This document shows positions 13,327 through 26,917 of a DNA stretch of 64,000 nucleotides, in pieces (positions within the stretch are counted from its first letter, which is position 1; the number at the start of each line of letters is the position of its first letter). The stretch lies in assembly GCF_022045235.1 (NCBI RefSeq), contig NW_027266297.1:29884001-29948000 (forward strand), in the 5' to 3' direction. Below the pieces are notes generated by a model. That model saw nothing but the letters and a program-made list of their open reading frames with translations. It had not been told where the DNA came from and did not search any database. The position numbers and the translations under genes were made by a program. Source of the stretch: Haliotis cracherodii (lineage: Eukaryota).

Positions 13327-15039
13327 TACACCATTAATAAGCTTGTTCTTTAGGTTGCTTGAAAGATTCCAAAGTCATCCCAATTGTTTGTAAAAACTGA
13401 CCCTTGTTTGTGGATATTGGTGTCCATTTACCAAACCAACTCAGCATGCATCTACACAATTACACAATTAAACAATTAAACAATTACTTTATTTGTTGAC
13501 AGCTGTAACCTTTGACATGCTATTTGCAATTGACAGCCCTCCCACTGTAGTGTGTGAAAGACACTTACAACTTACCACTATGTATATACAAAAGGATAGA
13601 TTCTATTACTGTTTCATGGTTTTTTGCCTTTTTAATGATTGTAGTTGCTAGTGTGTGATCATGCAACTTACGCCTCTACTGCAGCTATGTGTGACGTACA
13701 TTACCACCTCCCTTCATGGCTTCAGCCTTGTACATCGTCTTGCTTTTAAACACTGTATTTCACCAGCATAACAAACCAATGGAATGTCGAAGTGCATGCT
13801 GCTGTTCCATTCAGTTTGTTATTGATTTTCTCAGTGCTACAGATAGTTGTCCATTGCGGGTTTCATTTACGTCAATTTCGATTATTATTTACTGTGTGAT
13901 AGTTATGTAAGTTTCATGAATCTTGTTTTCCTTGCTTGTTGCATGTGAATTTCACAAAGTTCATGCAGAGCAAACAGATCGGGTCTCATGGTTTTAATTT
14001 GGCTGATAATTGTCATATGTTTGTAATGTGGGTTGTTCTTAGTGAAATAGACGTGTTTACATGGGTATTAATAGTCTGTATCGACTTTTCATATTTCAAA
14101 GGAGTGTATTGGAAATCTGATGCGCTCCGATCGATGTAAATAAAGGGTGATGCATTCTATGTATGTCAAGTGAAATTGTAAATTAAACACAGGACTGATT
14201 TAATGTTCAATAAACCACTTTTTATAATAAGATAACATGAGCTCTATATGCAACTTGAAAAGACCTTGTCAATTTCTATATAAAATGTATTCATATTTAA
14301 CTCAGTGAAAAGTTACTTTAAATAATTCTTTTACAAAAAAATCATCACGGCAGTGTATCTAAAATCATTTGCTAGGACCCATGAAATAATGCACAAGTGC
14401 TTCACACAGAGATTTGCTTCTTCAGTTTATCTTCAAGTTTTTCTGTAAATGTTTGAAAAGGTTAATCATTCAAGCAGACTGTAACTTTTCCAAACATGGC
14501 ACCGTTTTAGGGAATGTGGAATTCAAATGGAATCAGTTTCACTTCCTGAGAGTCAGACGTGCTGTATCACTAAGAAGAACTTGATATTTATAAACGTTTA
14601 TTTATTTTTAGACGATAGTAAAAATCTTCATCTTTCGATCTGAGTCACACAAAAACAATATGAAGAAAATACAAATCTTGTAATATTCGTGTAAGATAAT
14701 CAGTATATTTCCTACGCAAGTGTCGACGCCCTGATCCCAAACCACAAGCCCAAAGCATGAGTACAAGGGAGAGTTATCAAAAAAGGATAGATTAATTTCT
14801 GTTTCTTTTCAAGGTTGAATCCCAGTTTTTGTTATTTTTATTTTATCGCTCAGACAAGTTGGTATTGTGATCTAAATTTGGAACCATGAATAACACAGAA
14901 ATGCTGACTATGAAGAGTTTTACAGCCGTGTTTTGGTAAGTGAGGATTGAGGACAGTGCACACGTTTTACCACAGATGTTGACTTGGATGAAGTGGTAAA
15001 GTTACCAAAGTCATTCATCATGCTTGTAGGGGCATGGTG

Positions 15040-15160
15040 GTTCACAGAGTTGTGCCCCTTAGGCATGGGAGGATCCTATGTGATAGCTGTCCTAAACACA
15101 ACCTGATTTGGTTCCCGATTGGTCAGCATCAACCCCTACTCGTGGGTTTCACTGTAGTGA
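15040..15160 (+). mobile_element. Old family B fragment
   Basis: cagagttgtgccccttaggca and gtcagcatcaacccctactcgtgggtttcac match family B. Confidence 0.6.
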
Positions 15161-15583
15161 TGAGTGAGATCATCCTACCGTTAGTTGTTATGTCATTTTG
15201 CTGGCTTGATGAGACAGAGGTATAAGTCTGCAAAAGACAACAAATTGCAAGTTGGGTGAACATTATCAGCACCATTGTTAGATCAATTTTTTCTTTACAA
15301 TTGTCAATATTTTGGGTCTAACTGACGAAGATACATTAGTCCAGCATTTAAATCATTTGTTCATGTAACAATGAATATTACATTTGATTTCTCCTGCAAC
15401 TTAGATTTGGCCTTAGAGAATGAATGATTTTTCTGTTAGTTTTGATCAAAATCATGATTTTACTCTTTTTGTAAAGACAATTAGGTGATATACATGATAA
15501 ATGTCGTATTTTTTAAGACTGTAGCTGAGGTTGGAAATTCTTGAAATAGGTCAGTGGGACAGTAGTAATTTAAATGTCTTTTT

Positions 15584-15885
15584 ACCCATGGTGATTCCGG
15601 TTAGAATTGGTCCCTAGCAACTTATGCTGGTCGTGAAAGGCGATTTGATGGATCGGATGGTCAGAATCCGTCTCTTGCTTGTGGCGTGTCACTGTACCAT
15701 TGTTGTATATGTCACTTAATGGATCTGGTGGTGGAGCTTGGTGACTTGGGTAATTGTGTGTTAATACACCCTGATGATGTGGAGCGTTGCTCATAATATC
15801 TATCATTGGTTGGTCTGGTCCAAACTGCAGAAAGCCTTCCTGTAGCATGAATCATGCTAAGTGTGTCATAGAGCTACAATCATTT
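15584..15885 (+). mobile_element. Family C retroposon, diverged subfamily-2 copy
   Basis: acccatggtgattccggttagaattggtccctagcaacttatgctggtcgtgaaaggcga; gctcat...tctggtcc later in the body. Confidence 0.75.
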
Positions 15886-15919
15886 TGTGTAGGCGGGCCC
15901 AGATTTACATCAACATGCT

Positions 15920-16330
15920 CCAATAAATATACAAACGCAAATACACACATGACAACATCTTACTTACTTTTGTTCTGCAGTAAATGAACAATCATCAATA
16001 CAAAGCACTATTATGCACATGGAAATGATCTGAACTGTATATTTTCCACTGTAAATGAACAATTATCACATGTACAAAATACAATTATCACATATATAAA
16101 ACAATTATCACATGTACAAAAACAATTATCACATATACAAAAACAATTAAACGTGTGGACAGGATCCAAACTTTCTTTTGTTCTTGTATGAATGAATAAT
16201 CATCAATATACAAAACACAGTTAAGCATGTGCAAATACAGATCTGAACTTACATTTGCTCTGCTGTAAATGAACAATTATCAAATATACAAACACAATTA
16301 TGTATGGTGAAGATCTCAACCTACTTTTAT
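15920..16330. repeat. Degenerate A-rich tandem repeat (acaattatcacatgtacaaaa core, ~21 bp)
   Basis: Core repeated at 16059-16150 within longer degenerate units. Confidence 0.7.
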
Positions 16331-17904
16331 TCTGCTGTTGACAGTATCATTAGCATCTCATACTAACGATGCAGAGCACAAATCATGTCTATTACGCTTC
16401 TGCCATTTACAACACCACAAACTGGTAATAATGTTTCAGGACAAGTTATCGTGGTCTTCCAATAAGCACATCACACTTCAGGACCCATGCTAAACATAAA
16501 GATCCTGATATTTTGTGATAGCAAGGAATCCAACTTTAATGAGACTTTCCAGAGAACTATCCCGTACCACCCTGGCTTGAAATGTTAATAATTGCAAAAA
16601 ATGAAGATGTAATTGAATGGATGCTCATATGACGGAGCAACTCGGGTCAGATAATGATACCTTCAGGATAATTCTACAAATACTTCTCGTATGTTTCAGT
16701 CTGATATAGACAACATGTTGACATGAACTTTGAAAATTTTAAAAAGAGATTGAACTTTTTTACATCTTTTACAAAATGTGTGTAAATTTAGTTTGGGATG
16801 GGCTGAAATGTAAACATGCTGAATATGCTAATGAATTAGTTTGGATCAGAAAGTGGCTATCCAAGATAAGTGATTTTTCTAACTTAGTCATGATATGGTC
16901 CCCTGTTTGGTTTTATGTTGTGAATAACCTTGGTGAGATTTGTCATCAAGAAAAGAACACATTACTTTTGAAGTTAATGAAAAGGAATAAAACGTGAAAA
17001 TGTTCAGTTACCAATTTGATTAGTAATTTGTATGTAAATGGGTTTGTGTTAATATTTTTCCGAATAAATTTCAGTAAATGACCTTGAGGTGGTGTTGATT
17101 TCAAATTGAAGGTCATGTGACAAAATATCTGTCAGGTGATAATTAATAACTCTGTTTATGAATGGAAACAGGTTGTTAGCCTTGAACCACGGCTTTCACA
17201 TACTGACCAGGCTCCCTTTACTTTTTTCTTGAAAAATGAATATAGCTATATCCAGGATAAAAATCCTTGAACGGACAATGCATTTTTATGATTGTGTCAA
17301 CGGAAACATTATCCTGGGACTGACTGATTCACTTCGTGAAAAGGAAGACAGATGTGTTTCCGTATGAAGGAATGAGGGACAAGATGCCAGTTATTTGTGG
17401 AAGACACATGCTTGTTTACATGGGAGTGTATATTCCTAAGTACATTTCATGTACATTTCGAAAGTGACGACGTCAGCTTTCTGTTGACAGTTATGAAGAT
17501 GAGACATGCTTGGCACTTGCTTGCATTTAATCCCTAGCAATGAGATGATAGACTATTATATCACTGGTGTCTTAATTATTTCCACATCCACTTAAGACAT
17601 CTGCGACACTGACAGTTGGGTGGTGTGTGTATTTCCTGACCGCTGATGTATGTATGTCCTTTAAGCTGATGTATTTCATTTGCTGGTGCATTTCAAAATG
17701 TTTTTTAAGACAAATTTGCATATTTGTCAGGTTGACTCGACACTCATGAATAGGCACATGATATTTACCTCTTTGCATTTTCTGGTAATAATCAAAATAA
17801 TGATAATAATGGGAGGGCGTGGTTTGATTAACATTGGGGCTCTTCATGATAGAATTGTATTATGCACTTTTACACATATATATTTGTCTGATGATTCTCT
17901 TGTG

Positions 17905-18915
17905 AAGCATGTCAAGACTCATGATGAAAACATTTCACAGTGTCCTTAAAGGAAGCAAGGATATGGGGGATAATCTCAATGTCAATGTTCATTTCGTTGA
18001 TGGTTCTGTACTGATGGACGGTACAGAAATGAGTGTCAACCAAGCTGCATATGAAATCAGCCCAGACTCGGGTTTTCAAGGAGAGGCTATTTGAACGACC
18101 ACTGCACAGAGTTTATGTACAGTGTGTTGAGAGGAACAGCAGCACTGCAGAGTTCTTTGCTTGGATGAAGTCAGCTGGCCTTAAAAGTGAAACAGAAGGC
18201 TTTCTGTTTACTGCTCAGGACTAGTCACTTCCCACTTGAAACTGACAATGTGTGATATGGCATCAAAATGTAAATATGAAATGTAGATTATACATTGAAT
18301 TTAATGAGACTATCCAACACATTGTTAGTAGATGCCCAGCTTTGGCACAAACATAGTATCTTAAGCAACATGATGGAGTCGCTCAATCCTTTTTATTACG
18401 TCTTCGCCATGCTTGTGGTTTTGACACAGAGGTCCATCCATGGTACGACCCAGAATATGTGACTCAGAGGGCATCATGGAAAATGATAAATACAAATTTC
18501 TTTACAGCGTAAGACCTATTCAGGCAAAGAAACCTGATTTTGTCCTTTTTGATAAATCCAATGAAATCATTTATATTGTTGAATTTTCTGTCCCTTTTGA
18601 CACTAATGTGATTGACAGGATTCAGGATTCAAATATGTACACTTCGCTTTCAAAATGTCACGCTTGCACCCCAAGTACCAAGTTGTCCAACTCCCCATTG
18701 TCCTTGGTGCCTTAGGTTTGGTACCTCCCAATCTGTTGACTGACATTGGGAGAGTACCTGGGTTTGCAGCCTGGAAAACAGCCCTTCTGACAATCTGGGT
18801 AATGCAGAAGGTTGCAGACTCTCCGAAAAGTTCTGGGTGGGTTTGACTAGGCAGCACTTCCTACGAGAAGTCCCATTTGCTGTCTGGGCTGTGTAGAGGG
18901 GGCAAAGGCCCTGAG
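17905..18915 (+). mobile_element. Decayed 3' part of a non-LTR retrotransposon with a restriction-like endonuclease (R4/Dong-like, R2 group)
   Basis: Across stops and frameshifts: WMKSAGLKSETEGFLFTAQD; degenerate CCHC knuckle (CRL...ETIQHIVSRCPALA); KKPDFVLFD...IVEFSVPFDTN; LPIVLGALG. Confidence 0.88.
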
Positions 18916-19044
18916 CGTGGATTGATGCTCATGATGTCAATCACTGGATTGTCTGGTCCAGACTCAATTATTTTACAGACCGCCGTCATATAGCTGGAAT
19001 ATTGCTGAGTGTGGGGTTAAACAACAAATAAACAAACAAACAAA
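18916..19044 (+). mobile_element. Family C retroposon, 3' half
   Basis: gatgctcatgatgtcaatcactggattgtctggtccagac...tagctggaatattgctgagt...(aaac)n. Confidence 0.9.
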
Positions 19045-19947
19045 TGAAAAGAAAACGCATGAAAACCAATGCTTTCAAAGCCTGAGGTATTACTGCATAT
19101 GTAGCTCATATGAATCAAACCAATAAATCCAATTTAGATATTCCTGTTCTACAGTACAAAATCACATTAATATTTATTATACATTAATGTATATACATAT
19201 CAACATTATCAAAATCTTATAGAATATTTTTAATAAATATATAATTTCAAAAAATGAATGTCATTTTTATGTGATCGTATGTTAGCAGCAGCCTTGTAGA
19301 TCCTGGCCATAAACCCTTCTTCGTGTAGATATCAATGTGCATCAATTATTGATGCACAAATCATGCACACACTGTTATATGAGGGAAATGGGTCACTGCT
19401 TCTATTTGTAGAACGGCCTGTGTGGCTTTACACTGTTGATATCTGTCTGGGAGATGATAGATGTTGCATTTCAATGATCCAATCCACACATTATGGAAGA
19501 ATGCATTTCCTCTGATAACAAGCGCCCATTTCGCTTGTACATCGCAGATTGTTTTGCGGAGCTTCATTTGTTTCATTTGGGGCTTAACCAAACACGTATT
19601 TGAGGTGGGAAAATATGGATAGATGATTAATGAAGCTTATGGGCAGAGAGTTACAGCAACTTTAACCTGCCGGGCATCCGTACACATGTGCTGTGGATAA
19701 TTTGCTTATTTTTATTAACTTGTTTATTTCAATTTGATAAGTTCATGTTTAGACTTATCAATGCAATTTGGTGCAAATAGGGCATGTTTTCAACAAACAC
19801 ATGCAATTTTTATGCAAATTGTGTCAGTGGCGCCGGTGCCAGCAGGGCAGGACATTCTTACCATTTACGTGAACACCTAGTGCCATAACTGTTCACTGAT
19901 CCATTCATGTATTTTTCAGCATTATTTTGCCTTTTATGACCAATGGA

Positions 19948-20228
19948 GTGAGTGAGTGAGTTGGGTATAACGCTTCTTTTAACAGTATTCCAGTTATATC
20001 ATGGCATGTCAGCTTAATGTGGGAGGAAAGCCCGAAGTGATGCAGGTCTCAGATGTTTACCACTTCGGTGAAACCCACGAGCACGGGTATGGTGCTGACA
20101 AACCTAGAAACATAATCGGGGTGAACCGGGATTCGAACCCTCAATCATAGGTTTCTGGCGTGCCCAAGGGAAGCAACTCTGCACAGTGAATTGCGGCGCC
20201 TTAGACTACTGGGCCACCAGTCCCCCCG
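19948..20228 (-). mobile_element. Family B V-domain SINE, full length (tRNA-Leu-like head)
   Basis: Perfect 13-bp TSD TATGACCAATGGA (19935-19947, 20229-20241); A box tggcccagtag, B box ggttcgaatcc; V-domain-like cgtgggtttc...tttcctcccaca; (ACTC)n tail. Confidence 0.95.
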
Positions 20229-21386
20229 TATGACCAATGGAAACTGTTTTGGTTGGATATTCTAGATTGGTTATTCTCTGGCGTTGACGTTTTATATTTA
20301 TATTCAGTTTGTATTTTTATTCTTTAATCTACATGTACTGTGTAAATTGTAAAATTGCTGACATGGGGATAGATTTTTGTCACTTAAAGCGACATGTCTC
20401 ACTGATAAGTTATCATTATCGTAACAATCAACTGGTCGAGGGACTAAACATGCCTTTCATTTTGGACACCTGGTGTTATTGTTTCAAGGATTTAGGTTTA
20501 ATACTGTTTTATTTACTTCCATATGTTACCCTTTAGCAAGTTTTGACCACAGCTGTTATACCCTTTAGCAGGTTTTGACCACAGCTGTTAAACAATCTAG
20601 ACTTACAATCGTAGTACAACTGTCTGAAGATGGTTATGAATGTATGGAAGTGTGTTGTATAGTGTCATGGTCGGTTTGTGATAGAGATCCCCCCACAAAT
20701 AATGTTAAAAGGTTTATGACTGTATAACTATCATTAGTCTATGTTTAAAGTTACATTAGTCATAGTGTTAAGATTAATTTGTTATACAAATCTCAGAAAC
20801 ATTATCTTAAAACGCCTGTGTACGTACATCTATCATCAGCCAAGTAAAGCAAACTTAAAAGCTCCATGCTCCTACAACGTAGTTTTCTGTATTTAGAATG
20901 TGAGATTTGATAGTCGTAGTGTTAATATCATTTTGTGATACAAGTCTAGAAAAGTTATCTTCGAAGGTTTATACATGTAGGGCAATTGTTTGTGTATGTT
21001 TAGATGCAGGAGTAGACGAACACTTAGTGTCTGAAAATATATAATTTTGATAGAAACAAACAACTCCATTTAAATTGAAAAGGAGCCCCAATGAGATGTG
21101 AGATTGACAATGTGAACTTGTGAAAAAATGTAGACTTGCTTCATTTAGGGCGAGAGCATTGCAGTAAGGGCTAGCAGAAGGCAAAATAATATGGTTCCGG
21201 GACTATGAGACAGACAGGCATAGGAGTTATGAAAGCTGTAGGGTTAAAGGTCATTTTGTGGTTGAAATCCAGAAAAGTAAAATTCAGGTAGGTTATATTG
21301 AAATGTGAGGTATGTGATCTCAAAGTATGACAGTTGTTTTAGGACAATTTCTCTATTACAATTAGTAATGAGGTGATTTAAAAATT

Positions 21387-21447
21387 GAAATGCAGAGGTT
21401 AATCCAGAAATGCAGAGGTTAACCCAGAAATGCAGAGGTTAACCCAG
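21387..21447. repeat. 20-bp tandem repeat x3
   Basis: gaaatgcagaggttaaYcca x3. Confidence 0.9.
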
Positions 21448-22077
21448 TAATCGGTATGAACAGAACTAATTCAATAAATGACCACACAAGATTAAAAAAA
21501 TAATAAATAAATTATATTTAAACTGACAACCGAAAAATTAAGTCAAATAAGTGGCAGCAGCATTCAATAAAAAATTGCAAATTACAACATATTTTTCTTT
21601 TATATCAATTTAAATAAAATTATCTCAAGCTTTAAACTGTTTACAAAGGCAAGCAAATGTCCTGTGATGCTCATTTGCCACTTGAGAACATATTATGGAT
21701 ATTGTACGCATCAGTGCGCGCTTGATGCTTATCTTGCACCAAAGGAACCTGCAATAAAAATATTAAGTTCAACACAGCATATATGAAACAGATTATTTAT
21801 GGATTAGATTAACAAAATAATACTTTTTTAAATATGGGTTCTGCTTTGTTGGAATGTTTTGATGCAGAATGTGAATGTATTCCTTTTTGGCAGGGGCCAG
21901 TTTATGTTCACTCACAAAAATATTAAGAGGAGTAAAATGGGGAGGGGAGGGGAGGTAGGGGTGCGGTAGGATGTTAAGGTGTTGGGGGGGTGTAAGTCGG
22001 TCAGAGGTTAGGGTTTTATGGTGTTGATAAGTACTTTCATATTAAAAAAATTATTCAGTTATCTTGACAATTTAGTA

Positions 22078-22150
22078 TTAATGGATACCTGGTAGGATGG
22101 GATGTGGTGCAAGTGTGACACCTCACCTTGGAGTTGAAAAGAATATTTGT
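22078..22150 (+). mobile_element. Family E fragment
   Basis: aatggatacctggtaggatgggatg matches aatgggtacctggtaggatgagatg near 33423. Confidence 0.5.
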
Positions 22151-22179
22151 TGTATAGGGACATATCTAATTTGATATTT

Positions 22180-22420
22180 GATCCAGGTCTTCAGCATGTT
22201 TCTTTTAAGAGGGGACTAACAGGATCAGGTGGCCAGGCTCACTGACTTGGTTGATGCATGTCATTCATTGTATCCTAATTGTGCAGATCAATGCTCATTA
22301 TGTCAGTCACTGGATTGTCTGGCCCTGACTAGATTACATACGATTATTTACAGACCGCTGTCATATAGCTGGAGTATTGGTGAGTGCTGTATTAGACAAC
22401 AAAGAAACAAAGAAACAAAA
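22180..22420 (+). mobile_element. Family C retroposon with deleted head
   Basis: gatccaggtcttcagc...taagaggggactaacaggatcaggtggccaggctc...tagctggagtattggtgagtg, A-rich tail. Confidence 0.88.
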
Positions 22421-23700
22421 GATTTCAAATTGAATGCTGTATCACAGCATTGTGATCCTACAACAGAATACTATTGATCAGAGTTGGACTCTCCCTCTCC
22501 CATACACAAACTAAATCTTAGATCTGAATGTCAAAAGAATGATAATTATCAAATCTTGATTGTAATATTCAGTTAATATTTAGGAAAGGCCAATTACTTT
22601 ATTGCATAAATTTACAAATTATGCCTCATTGAAAACTCAAAGTGATGTAAATAATCCCTAATCTTGTACATTTCACACTTTTTGTTATAAAGCTATTTAT
22701 TTTTATTGCTATGACTCAGTTTCTTTAATTGAAAACATGCTGTTCATAAGAATATTGTCAATTTATTGCCGGAACCACATCATAATGTAATCACCATTAT
22801 ATCAGATGCACCCCATATAATTAGCTGTTCTGGCATCTTCCGAAAACATAAAACTGGTTGTAGAAAACATTTATGAAAAAATTATATTAATATTTAAATG
22901 AATGTCTTTCACTGTTTACCTTTAATTCATCTTTGGTTAATGGGATGTGAAATGTTATAAATATGCATACAGAGGTGAAATTTCAGACTCAATTGAGGTC
23001 CACTTCAGCACACTGTAGATGTTATAGCATATTACATTTCAAACCACAGCATGTAAGCATTTGACATTTAAAAGTTCCTAATATTGCTTTCTGATGACTG
23101 TAGCAACAGCTGAAAGATATCATAAAATAGCTTGGATCCCGAGTAAGGTTTTTCGGTTCAGAGGTTTTGCATACATTGTTTTTGGAGCCGAATTTTACTA
23201 AACAGTGAAAGAATTTACAATAACACGTAAACAGTGTGACGTTCATGATAACTTTTATTGACACCACATGTTTCATTCATAGCGATATTCCTTGACTTGA
23301 AATGAACAATGTACATTTCAATTAGGGCTAGGTTAGAAACTGATTTACATTTTCAAAGGTATCATATATATGCATTTAAGAAAAAGGTCTTTCTTTTGGG
23401 ATTACTTTGGGAGACAAAATACTCTTATGAATGACATTAGAATTCATGTTACTTTTTGTAAGAAGGTGCCATAGAGTTAGTCAAAGAATTAATGAAAGGT
23501 GATCTTTATGAAAACATATTTTTGAATTATATCATGAATTTCCTTATGTGAAAGTGACATAAATTATTTGCGAGATGGTTTCTTTTTTTCAACTAAATCT
23601 GATTAGATAATATGAATTGTTGTTTTAGAGTCTTGTTTATGTTTCTTGGACGGACGGATAAATGTTTATTTCTTTTGTCCATCTGTATTATCTTACGACT

Positions 23701-24615
23701 ACAGTCTTTATTTGTCTTAATGTCATCAGATAGTAGGCCTACATTGGACAAGGACAGACGGTAATTTCCTTAATGTCATCACAACTTAGGCCTACATTGA
23801 AAAAGGACAGTCTTTATTTGTCTTAATGTCATCAGATAGTAGGCCTACATTGGACAAGGACAGACGGTAATTTCCTTAATGTCATCACAACTTAGGCCTA
23901 CATTGAAAAAGGACAGTCGTTATTTGTCTTAATGTCATCAGATAGTAGGCCTACATTGGACAAGGACAGATGGTAATTTCCTTAATGTCATCACAACTTA
24001 GGCCTACATTGAAAAAGGACAGTCTTTATTTTTCTTAATGTCATCAGATAGTAGGCCTACATTGGACAAGGACAGACGGTAATTTCCTTAATGTCATCAC
24101 AACTTAGACCTACATTGAAAAAGGACAGTCTTTATTTTCCTTAATGTCATCAGATAGTAGACCTACATTGAAAAAGGAAGTCTTTATTTTCCTTAATGTC
24201 ATCACAACTTAGACCTACATTGAAAAAGGAAGTCTTTATTTTCCTTAATGTCATCACAACTTAGACCTACATTGGAAAAGGAAGTCTTTATTTTCCTTAA
24301 TGTCATCACAACTTAGACCTACATTGAAAAAGGAGTCTTTATTTTCCTTAATGTTATCACAACTTACCGGTAGACATACATTGCAATAGGGCAGTCTTTG
24401 ATTTCCTTAATGTCATCAGCCTGCATTGGACAAGGACACTCTTTATTTTCCTTAATGTCATCACAAATTAGACCTACATTGCAAAAGGACAGTCTTTGAT
24501 TTCCTTAATGTCATCAGGCTACATTGGACAAGGACACTCTTTATTTTCCTTAATGTTGTCAGAACTTAGGCCTTCATTAGAGAAAGAGGGTCTTTGTTTT
24601 CCTTAATGTCATCTC
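23701..24615. repeat. 53-bp minisatellite organised as a 106-bp A/B dimer, grading into hybrid monomers
   Basis: Units start at 23701 (A), 23754 (B), 23807 (A) and so on; shared core cttaatgtcatca...cctacattg. Confidence 0.95.
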
Positions 24616-25615
24616 AGTCTTACAGTTTCCATCTCCAGTAAATATATTTGTCAGCTGGGTGAAATTGGCAACATGTCATGAAATCTAATATGTTGAAATT
24701 AACACACTTTTTGAGGACAATAAGTGAGTGTTCTAACATCACTTATAATATGAGGTCATCATTTATCTGTAAATAGATCATTCTGAAATAGCTATCAATG
24801 TTTGTAAAGCTCAGTTGATGTTAAATGTTATATGCAAAGTTTGATATTTTTTAATGCCTTTGAAAGATTCCATTGTGATTCTAGGAACCCCTCTAACATA
24901 GAAGATTATCTGTTAATGCATCTATTTTAAGCTTCTTTTAAACTGCAAACTCTTAAAGGTCTTCTGCTAGTAGAACCAGTGTACTTGGATTGATAGAAAT
25001 ATGCCTCAATTAGCCTTAAAGAGCGCCTTTAATACACATGTATAAGTAAAACACTCAGTGGTGTTTGATAACTGTAATTTGAAGAGAAGTTGTTGGTTGG
25101 CCAATTTGGCACTGTGAAGTATTCATGATCTATGTGTATGTTTGTATCATGTCAACAACAAAGCCTTGTGGTTTTGTTTGTTTTTGCCATCTTCTTGTAT
25201 TGACATGTCATGGACATGTACGATACATGATACACAGATCAAGCTTGTGTTTTGGTTTAGTGTTTATTTTGATATCTCTCTTATGTTCATTTCAAGATGT
25301 TTTCTTGGGTACTGGTCAGTAATTGGATGACTGGTCTTTTCCTAAGTGGCAACTTATTTTCTGTAGTCGCAGTTCATTTTTGGGACTATGGTCTTTCTCT
25401 GGGTGAGGGGTAATTTATTTGGGGAAGATGGGTAAAAAGGTGGAGGATGGTGGGATTGGGAGTTCAGGTGGTGGTAGGGATGGATGAATGGATGGATAGT
25501 GAGGATGGAAGGGATAGTGAGGGTGGGATGGTGAGGCTGGGGGGAAGAATGGGAAGAGTGAGGAGTGGATGGATGGTGAGGGTGGGGAAAAGATGATGAG
25601 AATTTGGGAAAGCTG

Positions 25616-25720
25616 CTCTCCATGGTCTAGTGGAGAGCGGAAAGTCTGTGGTACGATCCCCAGACGTTTCATTCCAAGAGACATTAAAAGATGGTACTTG
25701 TTGTTACCCTGCCTGGCACA
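25616..25720 (+). mobile_element. Family D Meta-domain SINE, 5' fragment
   Basis: tggtctagtgg A box; cattccaagagacattaaaagatggtacttgttgttaccctgcctggcac. Confidence 0.8.
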
Positions 25721-26917
25721 CGCACATACACTCACACACACTCCGGGACTCCTCCCACAATAATCACAATTGTTTTTTCCACCATAAATGATTTTACTTT
25801 GACCATAACACACTGTACCCTATCATACAACATGGATTTTACAAAAGTACAGAACTAAATTGCCATTCAGCATGCAGTCTTCAAAGGGAGAACTCAGTGT
25901 ATGTTTGACCCCACATCACCCTGTAACTAAACAGCCTTAACAACAAAGCTTACATCTGGATCTATAAGACTCATTTCACATGCTAAATATGCTTACCTAT
26001 CCCTTACTCATACTCTGCAAGCCTCCTCCCATATTGGGAGCCGTTAACAGCCTAATGTATCACAGGCCCCGTTCAATCAATACAGAATAATAGCATTAAC
26101 ATAATATTTACTGCACTGCACTGCCCGCCTATAGCTCTATTCAATAGAATGCAATTTTGGTAATATGATATTTAAGTGAAATTGACATGATATGAACAAG
26201 GATATTTGCATGATTCTTGCTGGAGTGCTGATCTATGCATGGTGATAGGACCAGGGATTGCCATGATTGTCTGCATTGGGTTGGGGAGGGGAGAGAAGGG
26301 GGAGGGATGTATTTGTGTATGATTTGGAGGAGTAGGGTTATTTGGTGCTGAAGACTCACAGAGTCATTTGGGTAAGGAAAATAGATGTTTTCAGCGATTA
26401 GGTAATAATTCTGGTTTGATGTTTTCAAGGTGAAATTGAATCCTCTGCTATGGATGTTTAAATGACAGTAATGACAGGAAATGCTCCATTTCAAGAACTT
26501 TTTAATCCATCTCATAGTTTCTGATAAAATGTCCTGATGAGATTAATGTCTGTGTTAAGATATCTTTGGAATCACGTTGATGTCATTTATTACAGAGGTA
26601 TGAGGATTCAACACTGAAATAGTCACCTTTAGTCAGAAAATGACGTCTGCTCTGATTAAATGAATGTTGAATTAGCCTATAAGAGTCATTTGTAGGTTTT
26701 ATAAGAATGAGTTAGAGCTTGGCAGTTACGTAAAACCTTCATTGCCTTTTGAACCCTTTAAGATGGCGGGTGTAGATGCAACATGTGGTTCGGGAGTGAT
26801 AATCATTGGCATACATGAACGTGAACCTACACTCATCACAACCAGCTAAGGGAGCTAATATTGATGACGATTCAAACCAAAAGTGTGTAATGGACATACG
26901 CATTAGATGTGATATGA

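Noticed and set aside
12966-13393. ORFs spanning X runs
   Set aside because: Artefacts of the N gap
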